This document shows, piece by piece, positions 1-12,690 of a stretch of 64,000 nucleotides of DNA (the first letter of the stretch is position 1; each line of letters opens with the position of its first letter). The notes under the pieces were generated by a model, which was not told the DNA's origin, searched no databases, and saw nothing but the letters and a program-made list of their open reading frames with translations. The stretch is from Octopus sinensis (taxonomy: Eukaryota): contig NC_042997.1 in assembly GCF_006345805.1 (NCBI RefSeq), positions 125,240,001 through 125,304,000 on the forward strand. Reading direction: 5' to 3'. Made by a program: the position numbers and the translations under genes.

Positions 1-783
1 AACATCATTAGCTGAAATTATATCCTTAAGTGCAAGCCGGATTTTACCAATTATTTTCATGTTTTGGTTAGATTTGTGGATTTTTAGGGAGTGTATCACG
101 TTCATCCATACTGGTTTCTTTAATTTTCAGCCATTCAATCATGATTTGACTTTTTAGCTCATGTAGTTCTGTCGGGTCAATACTTGTGTGACTTTCTTCA
201 TCTATTTGATGTTCATCTGTCTTAGTGTTTATATTTGGTTCAGGGAGTATTTCACTTTGCCTATCACTTATACTAACTCTTTCAATCCTTACTTCGTTTT
301 TATTAGCTCTGAGCTGGTCTATAATTATTTCCTCTGTATTAGCTTCTTTAGCTGCAGCTTCGTTCATTCTATCCGTTACTGCTTGTCTAATTTGATCAAT
401 CTCTACTTCAGTCAGTAATTTTTTTTTTTATAATGTTTCTTCTGACGTTGGCAAGTTTATTACTGTCTATGTAGGGTCTTACTTCAGGGTGTTTCTGTCT
501 CCAGTTTATGTAGGTTTGTATAGTGTTCGATTTATCTGTGGGGAAATATATAGCATGATAGAAGGCTGCAAGTACTTCTTTATTATCTTCCCTAGTCCAT
601 TTTTCCTTCTTTTTCTTTTGAGTGTTTGGTGACGAGCATGGATGGCCATCTGTTGGAATATTCCAGTTGCGGGGTACGTCCAGCTCCTGTGTGTCGGGAA
701 GATTTGATCCAGTAGGTGATTTTTCAATCAGACTTTGGTTCAATTTTCGGGTGCGTGGTCTTTTGTAGTCCGCTCGTCGACCA

Positions 784-818
<35 letters not shown>

Positions 819-849
819 TATTATTATTATTATTATTATTATTATCATT

Positions 850-882
<33 letters not shown>

Positions 883-1004
883 TTCATCATCATCATCATC
901 ATCATCATCATGTGTCGGGAAGATTTGATCCAGTAGGTGATTTTTCAATCAGACTTTGGTTCAATTTTCGGGTGCGTGGTCTTTTGTAGTCCGCTCGTCG
1001 ACCA

Positions 1005-1006
<2 letters not shown>
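1..1006 (-). mobile_element. R4/Dong-clade non-LTR retrotransposon, 5' part of the ORF (continues off the left edge of the window)
   Basis: Minus ORFs 408..743 (KKEKWTREDNKEVLAAFYHA...WRQKHP...DSNKLANVRRNII) and 68..367 (...EWLKIKETSMDERDTLPK) resemble the N-terminal region of R4-clade ORFs. Frameshift at the T-run near 419-430. The 5' junction lies in a (TAA)n/(TGA)n tract. Confidence 0.6.
690..1006. repeat. Tandem duplication of a ~95-bp unique segment (690-785 and 911-1006), each copy followed by (ATT)n(CAT)n
   Basis: The sequence tgtgtcgggaagatttgatcc...ccgctcgtcgaccat occurs at 690 and again at 911 (period 221 bp). Confidence 0.95.
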
Positions 1007-1054
<48 letters not shown>

Positions 1055-1068
1055 TATCATCATCATCA

Positions 1069-1119
<51 letters not shown>

Positions 1120-1162
1120 TATATTATTATTATTATTATTATTATTATATTATTATTATTAT

Positions 1163-1206
<44 letters not shown>
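1006..1206. repeat. Compound trinucleotide microsatellite (ATT)n(CAT)n(ATT)n(GTA)n, forming the 3' tail of the downstream R4-like element
   Basis: Directly visible in the sequence. Confidence 0.95.
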
Positions 1207-3116
1207 ATATTTTCGTATACACAGAACAGATCAGACTGCTGGAAAAGAAAAAATCCTAACATCAGTCTACAACAAGTAACCTTAGATGCCAAGAACCCTC
1301 CTAAGTATCCTAACTGTCCCTAATAACACTGTTCGGTATGTTATATTTTCCTATCCATTTCAATCGAAAAATCAAAAGAAATCTTGTATTTTTCCGGCTC
1401 AAGTAATTTTTCTAAATGATGATTATATCATGTACATCTAGCTTCAAATCCCCATTTCTGACAAAGCTTCCAGTGCAAAACATTCGTAACTTAGTCATGC
1501 CCCCATTTCTTATATTCTCCATGAACCAACTTAGGGCATTATGTGCCATTATTTCATCCCATATTCCACATACATATTTTGCAGACACCTCCTCCCCATG
1601 CGCATATTTTCTCAAGTTGTTTATTTGCAGCACTTGATCTTGAGCAACTATAATGAGGCTCACCGTTTTTCTTTTCAATTGCTCTTTCTTCAACCAGCAC
1701 ATACATCCTCATTGGCCTTCCAAAACTGACCAGATAGATGTTTCTCATCAATATCAACCTGCTTAACATGTACTATTTGAATTTCCTTAAGGCTCTTTTT
1801 TTTTCTTTTCCATGCTGTATCACCTATACTTTATTCACTACATTTAATAACTTCTCTGTGCTCTTTTGTAAATAATCTAAGCTGTTTTGTTCCATCGGCA
1901 CACACTCTTTCACGGCAATTAAGCATCTTCTACCCTGGTCTCTCTTCAAGAACAAACGGGTAATATCAACTTTCGAATGGTGGGCTTCATACACTGCCAA
2001 CAGTTTTCCACCAAGATTTTGAATATCGCTGTTTATCCAATCCACAATTCCAGCACAATATCTGATAAGCAGCACTGCTCTTGAATTTATTGCTTCAAGA
2101 AAAAATTTACAAATTCAATCTTGACTTTAATATTTTCTTCTCTCTCCTTGTATACTCCCTATTTGTAATATAGTGCACTATTCAATCACGAATAGCATAC
2201 CGACATCATTAACGAAAATGCGAACAGTATGTACAAGACTTTCTAGCTGCTTCTCATATTTTGGGCACGAAACTTTTTTGGCACGAAGCTTTATATCATC
2301 CATAAAAATAGGATTTATCTAATGTTACAATTTTCCTAAGTCATAAGCTATTTTCACTTACCGTAATATCAATCCGAGTGGCATCATGGCAATACAAACA
2401 GTAATGGAGATATGCTATCACCTTGGAATATATCACATCTGATATTCACCTTCCCAAATCTTTATTTTCCTCCAATCAATCTAGTAATGCAATGTTTCAT
2501 ACTTTCATTGACCATTTTTTCCCACACTTTCTGCTTCTCCAAACATGGTCATTGCTTTTCTTACCCCTTACTTTTAACCTGTACTGCCCATTCAATTTTC
2601 TGAGTATTGCCTCACTTTTTAGTTCCCATTCACATTATCCAATATAATTGCCTCAATTATTTTCATATCTTTTTCTCACTCGTATGCTCTTCTTCCAGTT
2701 TGGTTCTTCATTTCTTTCCCTGCTTTTTTTCAACTGCCTTTTGCTTGTATCCTATTGCGAAACTGCAACATTAGCGGCGATTATGATCATCTATCTAACG
2801 TGTTTCACATATCTTCTTTGTTTCAACCAGGCTCAAAACGCCGTTTAATTTGCCTGGATCTCCTTAATTTTCCTCTGTCCATATAGCTGGCATTTTGTTA
2901 CTTAATTTGTAACATTTGTAGAATTTCTTTTTCTTTCCAGTTCTATATTTAAGAGATGAGGCATTATGTACTTTATTTACATTTGACGGATATTTGTCCT
3001 GATCTTGTTTGTTATTAGCACAACGTTTCGGCTGACAAACCCTCCAGCCTTAATCATGTGTCTTGGGGAAATTTACAACCTGGGGTCTCATTCCATAGGT
3101 ATTTTTCGATATTATG

Positions 3117-3191
<75 letters not shown>

Positions 3192-3850
3192 CGAAAAACA
3201 CCTAAGGAATGAGAACCCAGGTTGGAAATTTCTTCAAGACACATGATGAAGGCTGGAGGGTATATCCGCCTAAACGTTGTGCTAACAACAAACAGGATGA
3301 GAACAAATATCCGTCAAATGTAAATAATGTTCCTTTTCTTTGTCATTCAAGTCTCGTTCAGCATTTATTGTCTGTCGTTCAGCTTCATCTATTTCACTAT
3401 TTCTTCTTCAGTGGTATTCACAGACACATAGTGATTTTCTTCATTTTCATTTTCTTTATTTCCTATTTCTACGTTACCTCTTTCTACTATTGTGGCTTCA
3501 CATTCTTGCAGATCACTTTCTATTTTTCCCTGAATTTCTTCAACTTTTAATTATGTGATCCAAACAGCTATACGAATTGCCCTTGCTTGGTCGTTGGATA
3601 AAAGCTTCAAAGCTTCAAAGACCCTCTTTACATCCCATATTCTCTTTTTTCTTCATTCGTTTCATGAAACATCTTTAATTCGGTTCACTTCTCAGCCAAT
3701 ATTCAATCACTAACTTCTTTACTCTTTTTCCCCATTTCATTTTTATCCCACTCCACTTTTGACTTCGATGCTGATCTTGTCTATGGATTGATAACGATCT
3801 GTCGGGGTTTGATCATACATTCGTTGCCTACCATGCATGATACCTTCCCT
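1207..3850 (-). mobile_element. Degenerate, internally deleted R4/Dong-clade non-LTR retrotransposon (RT plus restriction-like endonuclease region)
   Basis: Minus-strand remnants in the expected order: N-terminal EYWLRSEPN*RCFMKRM...LSNDQARAIR (~3550-3720); EEPNWKK (~2700); RT motif CDIFQGDSISPLLF (~2400-2440); RYCAGIVDW...HHSKVDITRLFLKRDQGRRCL (1824-2075); AQDQVLQIN and RHDKV...LHWKLC zinc-knuckle region (1412-1702); C-terminal VLLGTVRILRRVLGI* (~1285-1330); then a 3' UTR and trinucleotide tail. Many stops and frameshifts. The 5' UTR may extend to ~4150. Confidence 0.85.
2941..3332. mobile_element. Fold-back insertion of the hammerhead-bearing family H1 (inverted arms around an (ATT)n tract), nested in the R4 element
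   Basis: Arm ~2975-3112 is the reverse complement of arm 3188-3332. The same family occurs at 61804-62137, sharing the end sequence ttctatatttaagagatgagg. Confidence 0.85.
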
Positions 3851-4189
3851 GTTGACACGGCTCATTAGCGCAATTATTATAATTATATAGAATTGATATT
3901 TTCACTTATTTTAAGATAGCGTTTATAAAGTTGTGCAACCACCTGTATTTTTATCGTAGCACCATCACTAGATGTGTTGCCAGACAAGGCCCAGAGAGTC
4001 CACCTACCTTTATATACCCTCTCTTGAATGGACATTGACTGCCATGAGTTCGTGCGTCCTTTGTCGGATCTTGTTTTACTTCCCGCAAGGTGTCCAAACA
4101 TCACCATCCTCCTCAAGCCTGTTTGGTGGGTTTGCCGATGCAAACATTAATACTATTATATTAAACTTACCATTCATTCATCATTATTA

Positions 4190-4380
4190 AGTCAGCGAGC
4201 TGATAGAATCCTTAGCACGCCGAGCAAAATGCTCAGCGGCATTTTGTCCATATTTACAATGTGATTTCAGATGTCTCCAAGGTCGACTTTTTCATTCATC
4301 ATTACACTGAGGTCGATGTAATCGATTTCCCACCATCACCAACAAAACAAATTGCTAGCCTTGTGCCAAAAGTTGAAATT
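4190..4380 (+). mobile_element. tRNA-derived SINE family A, degenerate copy with tail type 1
   Basis: gcgagctgatagaatccttagcacgccg head, gtcgac/gtcgatgtaatcg body and gccttgtgccaaaa tail, shared with other copies in this window. Confidence 0.75.
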
Positions 4381-4663
4381 ATTAGTATTATTATTTAACA
4401 TGGCGTCGATGAGATTTGAACTCAGAGCACAAGAAATCAAAAGACTAGAGCAAAGCATTCCCTCAGAACGATTTACTCAGAATGTTTCCATGTCTTTATT
4501 AGTCCTGTGTGTTTCCTTTGGAAAAACAGCATTTGTAAATCCATTAGTCCATTAACGTTACAAAGCATTCTCGGTGTTGGCATGAAAGTTTGAATGCATG
4601 TATGCTTATATGTACGTATGTATGTTTATGTGTGTATAAGTATATATATATATAATATATATA

Positions 4664-4811
<148 letters not shown>

Positions 4812-6231
4812 GGGAGGTAGAAACCTATATTTACGCACACAGAAACATTCATGTTATATATATATATGTATGTATGTATGTATGTGTGGATATATATGTA
4901 TATATATATATATATATGCATAAATATATATACACACCTTCTTTTCCATACACTCGTTTTAATGCAGTCAGACCTTAGTTATTATCATCAACGTAAACAG
5001 TAAAAATTTATTATTCCTAACCCTAAATTGTATTATATTTGGTGAGAAAACATGATTGGCCGCTACGTAGTTGAGGAGAATTAATTAGTCGAGTTATTTA
5101 GCTAGATAAATCTAATAAACTGCTTGTTCCTGCAATGTCAGCCACTACTTAGAAACTATTTTATCTTGGAATCAAACTTACTTAAACATTAATCTGATTC
5201 ATTTTATTTTCGCCTCTCGCTTATTTCAGAAATGATTTCGGTTTAGGAAACTGTGGAGATAAGAAAATTAATCTAATAAAGTTTATTAATGTTTAATGCC
5301 GTTAAGTGTCCCCGTATGAGAACAGCGAGGCCTGAAGACTATAATCTAATTAATTTTAGTGCTTTTCTTTGTAGAATTAAAATACGTCGAAATTTTCCAG
5401 CAGCAGAAGGAGTTAGGCCAAAATATTCGATATTTAAATTTTTGATTGTGGGCCTGGTAGGCTGGGCTGAGCTGGTTAGATGACGTCGTTAAAGTGATTT
5501 CTTAATTTATCGAAACAAACTTGAAATTAATTCTGACTGAAGTGTACTGCAATTATTGTTCTACAGATATTAGTAAGCTACAGGCACAGCCCTTCCTGAA
5601 GCATAATGATATGACTCATGTAACTAATACAGAATTAGTAATGATATTAACTCTACGTTACCAGTAATCACAACTACATCAACACCTTGATACCTAGCCT
5701 ATAGTTACAATAATTATATAAATAAAAAAATAAAGAAAAAGAGAGATAAGAATCTCGAATCAATTCTCTTCAGAGTAATAAGAAAAGATTCCGTTTATGA
5801 TTACGGATTTCCACTATATCTGAAGAACTGATATACAATTTGTGTGTCTAAAGTTCGATTTAAATGGCGTTGTTTACAGATATCAAATAACAGTACTTAC
5901 GTAATTAAATTATGCTATATCACCGGTGAAATAATTGTCTGTTAGTTATTGACCGAGATAGAATGGGAAAATTAGGAACATTAACTGAATAATAATGGTT
6001 ATACAATATATGATCGTGTTGGGTGTTCTCATCATTGGTCTGATATGGCCAAATGGCGTGGATCAGGTAAACCTGTTTTATTTCATTTTAGAGCTAAATT
6101 CCATCACCTATTTGTGGGCTATTCTGTCTAAATCTGTGTGCAGGTATGTACTTACTATTGTGTTAGATTCCGTGATATATACAATTTTCACATGTACATA
6201 AAATATAAAATGTATTAACTTTGAAAACTCT

Positions 6232-8790
6232 GATAGGTTTCGGTCAGTATAGGCCCAGGCCATGTCTAATTTAATAGCAGCACCTGGTGAAGTCTTTTAG
6301 TCATATATGGGGCACCATGGCCCAATCTAGCAAAGAGTTATTATTGTTTGAGACATATCCGGGTGTAGTGGCAGATAGCATGGGGGCCAAGTCTTGGATG
6401 GATTTTAAAACTGATGCCAACATCATTTGTGCAATATTGATGGAATATTTTCCACATCACACAAATGAGGTAGCGTTCCCGGTGGCGTTGAAGAGAGTAG
6501 AAATTGAGATTTTTTAGTCGACCCCAATAGTCAGTGCCTCTCATGCCGTCTATCTTTCTTGTTATTGACCTCTGGAGTGCTTCGACTTTCGTAATGGGTT
6601 GCTTCGTATGGGGAGACCACAATGGGCAACATTACTCAAGGTGGGGTAGGGCAGAAGTAGAGAAGGATGATGGTGTAGGCATTTCTAGACCGGAAAGTTC
6701 ACAGAATCCAGGAGCACATCTCGCGGGCCAAGTCAACATTGTTGTTTACGTGGGAACTCCAGCTTAGATTGCTATCAACAATTACTCCAAGGTCTCTGGT
6801 GTTGTTGGGTGACACCAGGGAGTCGCCCGAGGGAAGAGCATATGGTAATTACAGAGTATCCTCTTTTCCAAAGTGGATCAAATCAAACTTACCTTCATTT
6901 AGAAGTATATTGTTTTTTCCGCCCATTGGACAATAGCAAACAGTTCTGACTGAAGGCATCTTCATTTTCCTATACCGTTTATGGCTTTCTGGGGTTTGGA
7001 ATCATCTGCAAAGATTTTCAATGTAGAATGTTGGATGACGTCTACTATGTTGTTGATGTAAATAATGAAGAGGAGTGGATCCAACACAGTACCTTGTGGG
7101 ACACCAGTACGGACTTTGGCTGAGCTGAATCGTATTCCCTCAAAAACAACATGTTGGGTTCTGTTCGTCAGGAAACACTTAATCTACTACAGCAGCTTTC
7201 CACGGACTCCATGTTGGACAGTTTCTTCACTCTGTCAAATGCCTTGCTGAAATCAACGCTTTTAAGATGTCATCAAAATTGTGCAGGAGCTGCGAAAGGC
7301 AGTCCCTGCCATCACGGAAAACATGCTGACTGGGGTTTAGCAGATTGTTGTCTTCGAGGAAGTGAGTTGTTCGTGATCTCACCACCCTCTCAAATACTTT
7401 ACTGATATGAGAGGTGAGTGAAATCGGACGGTAGTTCACTGCAAGAGATTTGTTCCCCTTTCTGAAGACTTGAACGACAGACTGGGAAAGAAAATAATCA
7501 GGAATGTAGCCTACATCAAATGAATTTCTCCAGAACTCAGCGAAAGTGGGTGCAAGTTGATGTCGACACCTCTTCAAGACATTGGCGAGGAACTTATCGA
7601 GACCTACAGCTGGGTTGTGTTTGCTCTTATTTATTTCTGTTAGGATATCAGGAGCACCAAAAGTTATGTCAGGTATGGTTAGTTGGGGGTTTACATCACT
7701 GATACTAGCCAGACCATCCGCATTATCGTTACTGAAGACAGAGCAGTATTGTCTCTGCAGTATTTCACACATGGATTTTGCATCATCATGTAGAGTGTTG
7801 TTCTAATCAACTAGAGGACCAACAATGGAAACAGCGTTTTTATGTCTTTTTGCAAATGAAAAAGACTGAGTTATATTTTCTCAATGGCCTAATTCTCCTC
7901 TGCTGATATTTGTTAATGATGGTCATCATGCTTTTTTGGAGGTTATGTTTTTTCGATTCGAATGACGCAATGACAGTCAATTGGGTGTGTTGCTGCTGTC
8001 ATTATCTAAGTTGGTTGATTTTCTTGTTAATTCGATTGCTTCCTTATCAGGACCAATCAACACTGGGAAAGTTGAAGACTACATCATTAATATGTTGTCA
8101 GCATTACACTGATGGATGAAACACTTAATACTGTTGAAGCATTCCTTGAAGCCTAGTAAAGGAGCCCAACTACTATTAGATTGTTTGTTTTACTATACAC
8201 ATAAGCTGCTTCACAGTAGCCATTGATAGATACGTCCATTGCTTCAGCTGAAAAAGAAACGTGCACAAAAATGGCGGTTCCACCCTTTCTTCTGCTGATA
8301 CGATCTGCAAGGGTAGCTGCAAAATTCTTCATTCTTTCCTCAGCTTCCTAGTGGAGGATACAAAGATGGATCTCTGTGAGGACGAAGAAAGGGATATGGT
8401 GAGGGTAGTCATTAACCCAGTCCTCAATAAATTGGATCTTCCATTTTTGAGCATTGGTGGAAGGGCTGATGCCTTGTGCATTGAGCAAAAATGCTGAGGC
8501 GATAGTGGTGACTGATTTTGACTGTTTTGGCGATTTGCTTGTTAATAGCAGCAATGTACTTTGTGCAATAGGGTGGTGGTGGAGGGTGGCATCGAGTGAT
8601 GGCTAGAATGTTCTTTTGTAGCTCTTTCGCCAGATTCATAATGGCTGAAAAAGAGTTCTGTTTGGAAAACTGTGGTTGTGGGATTGGTTAGGGGTCTCGT
8701 TTGTTAATAGCAGCAATGACGAGTCCTCGGAAGATGGGTAAATGGGGAATGAATCTGTAGACATAATCCGCTACGCTGAGAATAGGGGCA
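6232..8790 (-). mobile_element. Degenerate CR1-like LINE (APE endonuclease plus RT ORF2 remnants)
   Basis: Endonuclease-start remnant (WKIQFIEDW...FFVLTEIHL, 8348-8554), NYRPISLTSHISKVFER (7227-7772) and WSPHTK...LQR...YSLQRHRERY (6341-6622). The 3' UTR ccaggccatgtctaa is shared with the 48 kb copy. Confidence 0.9.
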
Positions 8791-9200
8791 GATTTTAGGG
8801 TTCTGAAGGATATGAGTGGTTTTTTAAAAATTTGATTTAGTATATGGTGGTGGGGGTGCTGCTGCTGTTTTTTTACATTGGTGGTAGCGGCTGTTGTGAG
8901 TAGAAACTAAGTAGGAACTTTCTATATTAAACAAAATGTATAATATAGAAAATATATATTGTAATATATATGCATACAAATATATTATGTACATAATATA
9001 TATACACACATACACGCATACTCGCACACACGTTTGTGCTTCATACATATGTGTGTGTGACTATGTGTGTATGTATATAGATATATATTTACACATATGT
9101 ATGAAATTTTTATTTCATACAAGGGGACGGAAAATATGTGTGTGCGGGCATATATATACGTATATATATATATGAATATATATATATATTGTATATATAC

Positions 9201-9245
<45 letters not shown>

Positions 9246-9312
9246 CATATATATATATGATGTATATTATATATACATATATATTACAGACACACACACA
9301 CACATATATATA

Positions 9313-9344
<32 letters not shown>

Positions 9345-9384
9345 GCATATATACATTCATATATATGGCCTGGTCATAAAACAG

Positions 9385-9602
9385 CCGTCTACAACTAAAA
9401 TATACATGTGATATACCTCGACTCTGCAAAAGCCTTTTGGCAAAGTCCACCATGATATGATTCGTCACAAGCTGCAAAATCTTGACTTAGTTGGAAAACT
9501 TGGAGGATGGCTACATGACTTTCTAAAAGGTAGAAGTCAGATAGTGGCGGTCAATGGTGCCACCTCAGAGGAAATACAAATAATGAGTGGTGTTTCACAG
9601 GC
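9385..9602 (+). mobile_element. CR1-like RT fragment
   Basis: Translates, with one frameshift, as [25 protein letters not shown]...WLHDFLKGRSQIVAVNG...SGVSQ. Confidence 0.75.
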
Positions 9603-10030
9603 CACATATATAAAGCTACTGAAAGCAAATAAATAGTATATACACTCCTTTATTTACTACTATTCTGTCAGCCAACCAATGTCTGTGTGTATGTGTGTTT
9701 ATATTTATGTATATATGTGTGTGCGTGTGTATGCGCGCGCGTGGATGCGTGAGTATGTGAATGTGTGTGTTATTTTTACGACACAGCAGGAAAAGTGTAC
9801 CTATATGTCTTTATACATGTACATACATAGGTACATGCATACATACACATACATAGGCACATACACCGCACAACCACACACGACACACACACACACATGT
9901 ACACATAAAATCACACTCTACTTTAAGTGTATCGTGTTCATTTTTTCGAATTGCTTGTTCAAACTTAATTACAACAATTATGTATATCGGAGTGTGTATG
10001 CGTGAGTATGTTTGTGCACGTCGCGTTCAC

Positions 10031-10099
<69 letters not shown>

Positions 10100-10217
10100 A
10101 ATCAAGGAACGGCCATAATAGGCCATTCACCCACTAGAAATAACAGCCAAAAGCTTTAACCGCAAAATAACATCAATTCCGTAAACCAGGAGAAAATTAA
10201 AAAACATTTACCCTGTA

Positions 10218-10324
10218 ATTTCTTATACGATGCACCGTTTCGTCTACCGTTTAATGGTAAACTAACCTGATTAAATTAAATCAAGCCAATCTACCATAGG
10301 CCCTTAGATTCATCAGTAAGAAAT
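10218..10324 (-). ncRNA. Type I hammerhead ribozyme motif with intact catalytic core
   Basis: Minus strand reads ATTTCTTA-CTGATGA-ATCTA...TAGAC-GAAA-CGG TGCA TC-GT-A-TAAGAAAT. Features: 8-bp stem I, CUGAUGA and GAAA core, stem III with palindromic TGCA loop, GUA cleavage triplet. The only defect is an A.C mismatch at the base of stem II. Confidence 0.7.
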
Positions 10325-10417
10325 AGCCAAGTCGGAACAGATATTTTTCACGAGGCATTCCCGTCCCTGCCTCGGCAATATCTGACCTAAAATTTTCAAA
10401 TCATCGCACTCGCGCCA

Positions 10418-10503
<86 letters not shown>

Positions 10504-11214
10504 TTAAAAATTGAGGGAGATAAATTAATATTAATTTTAATATCAATTTAAAACCAGTAGTCCAGCATTCAAAAAATCTGAGGAGTCAGAGAAAATTCAA
10601 ATATATGTGTATATTGGCAGGGCTGGCCTGCTAGGTAGCCGGCCAGAATGCTAGAAAAAGATCATCAACGATCAAACTACAAGGGAAATTCTCTAGAGGA
10701 AGAATTCAGCGAACACCAGAACCAAATTTGGCGGGCAGGACATATGAAAAATTAAATAAAAAACAGACTTAAATGCATACCTCGGTTTCGGTCTTAACAA
10801 AAGAATTACTTGCATAATTCAAGTGTCCGTGACTTCTTCAGTACATTCGGTCCTCGAGATGCAAACTGAAAGACTAACCCCAGCTCTCTGTGTCAAGACA
10901 GACACGTGCTTAGTCTTACTGATTACATCGGGAATAAAATTTCAAATGTCTTGGTTCTGGCGCGCTAAGAGACTCCTGAAGCGAAGGGCTGCAGTGAATA
11001 ATTCACTGCGGGTAATGCTTACAACTAGGGAACGTATTTTTTATATATATATATATACATATTTTTTACCATATATTGTAGATTCTTCAACGATTAAAAT
11101 GTGTAAAACTACAATTACGAAGACATTAATATCTCCACAACAAGTATTGGGCGCATTATATGTATATCTAAGCGTACAGACACACAGACAGATAGACGGA
11201 CGGACGCATGGAGA

Positions 11215-11261
11215 GATAGATGGAATGATAGATGGATGAATGGATGGATGGTTAGATAAAC

Positions 11262-11335
<74 letters not shown>

Positions 11336-11419
11336 GTAGGTAGGTAGATAGATAGAGAGATAGAGAGATAGATAAGTAGATAAGTAGATAAGTAGATAGA
11401 CAGAGAGAGAGACAGAGAC

Positions 11420-11454
<35 letters not shown>

Positions 11455-11473
11455 GCTGGATAGATAGATAGAT

Positions 11474-11547
<74 letters not shown>

Positions 11548-11548
11548 G
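11215..11548. repeat. (GATA)n/(GACA)n/(GGAT)n tetranucleotide array
   Basis: Directly visible in the sequence. Confidence 0.95.
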
Positions 11549-12164
11549 GAAAACAAGATCTCGGTGATATTATATTTTATTGCGGTGTCTGGGACTCGAG
11601 TGTAAACATCAGCCATCGTCAACCATATAAGTGCAGCGTAATTAATAAAGATTTCATTAATTTGAATGCGATGAGCAAATCGTTTCATCTTAAAATTTGT
11701 CTGTGGTGAAATGATTTACATCTAAATTAATGAATTATGTATTATGTATGTAACAATTAAAAATCTGAAAATGTTTGCGTATGTTTACACTGCAGCCATG
11801 GAAGCAGATGTTGTACAAAGCAAATGGCGTTTTGAAATATCATCAAGCTGGTTGTTTATTATTCTTCTCTGAAGACTTACTTTAGCAAATTTTGAATCTA
11901 TGCGTACATTCTGCATCAATGGGTATACAGGACTGCAAAATAACGATAAGCGTCGTTCGTGTTCTCTTCCAGGTCTATTCGTTTCGCCTAGCTTTGAAGT
12001 GAAGTATTCAGTGTCTTTTAACAATCCACGTCTTTAAAGAGACCTTGCCTTGACAAAATAGCGCAGCCTAAAAGCGTTTGGCAACACACATAGTGCGTAT
12101 GACATTGATGGTGTTTATAATATAAAACTGCTTCAATCACAAAATTTTGGGGAAAAAAAGGCAC

Positions 12165-12475
12165 CTTCTACTAGAGCCACGGATCGACAAAAACCTTGTG
12201 GGTGGATTTGGTAAACGAAAACTGAAAGAAGCCCGTCGTATATATATATGTGTATACATTTGTGTATCTGTGTTTGTCTCCCTGACATCGAATGACAACA
12301 GATATTGGTGTGTTTACGTCCCTGTAACTTAGCGGTTGAGCAAAAGTGGCCGATAGAATAAGTACTAGGCTTACAAGGAATAAGTCCTTGGGTCGATTTG
12401 ATCGACTAAAGGCGGTGCTCCAGCGTGGCTGCAGCCAAATGACTGAAACAAGTAACAGAACAAAAGAAAAGAATT
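12165..12475 (+). mobile_element. SINE family B, 5'-truncated
   Basis: Matches the body and tail (ggatttggta..gaaagaagcccgtcg; cttagcggtt..aaatgactgaaacaagt) of the full copy at 15581. Confidence 0.85.
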
Positions 12476-12512
<37 letters not shown>

Positions 12513-12530
12513 TATATATATATATATATA

Positions 12531-12690
12531 TATTAGACGAAATGAGGTATTCAGAAATCTGGATGGTTTTATACTTACAGATATTTCTCAATATTAATAA
12601 ATATCTGTAATTATAAAACCATCTAGATTTCTGAGTATCTCATTTCTTCTAATATATAATACCTGTACATCATCTACAAACCTTCTAATA
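12531..12690. repeat. Inverted partial duplication (56-bp arms, 12-nt loop) of a short TA-flanked repeat family
   Basis: 12531-12586 pairs with 12599-12654 with 5 mismatches. A monomer of the same family lies at ~44910-45010. Confidence 0.85.

Noticed and set aside
11041-11688. 215-aa minus ORF starting [14 protein letters not shown]
   Set aside because: Most of its length is the GATA array. The unique N-terminal 47 codons match nothing I recognise and lack clear splice signals.
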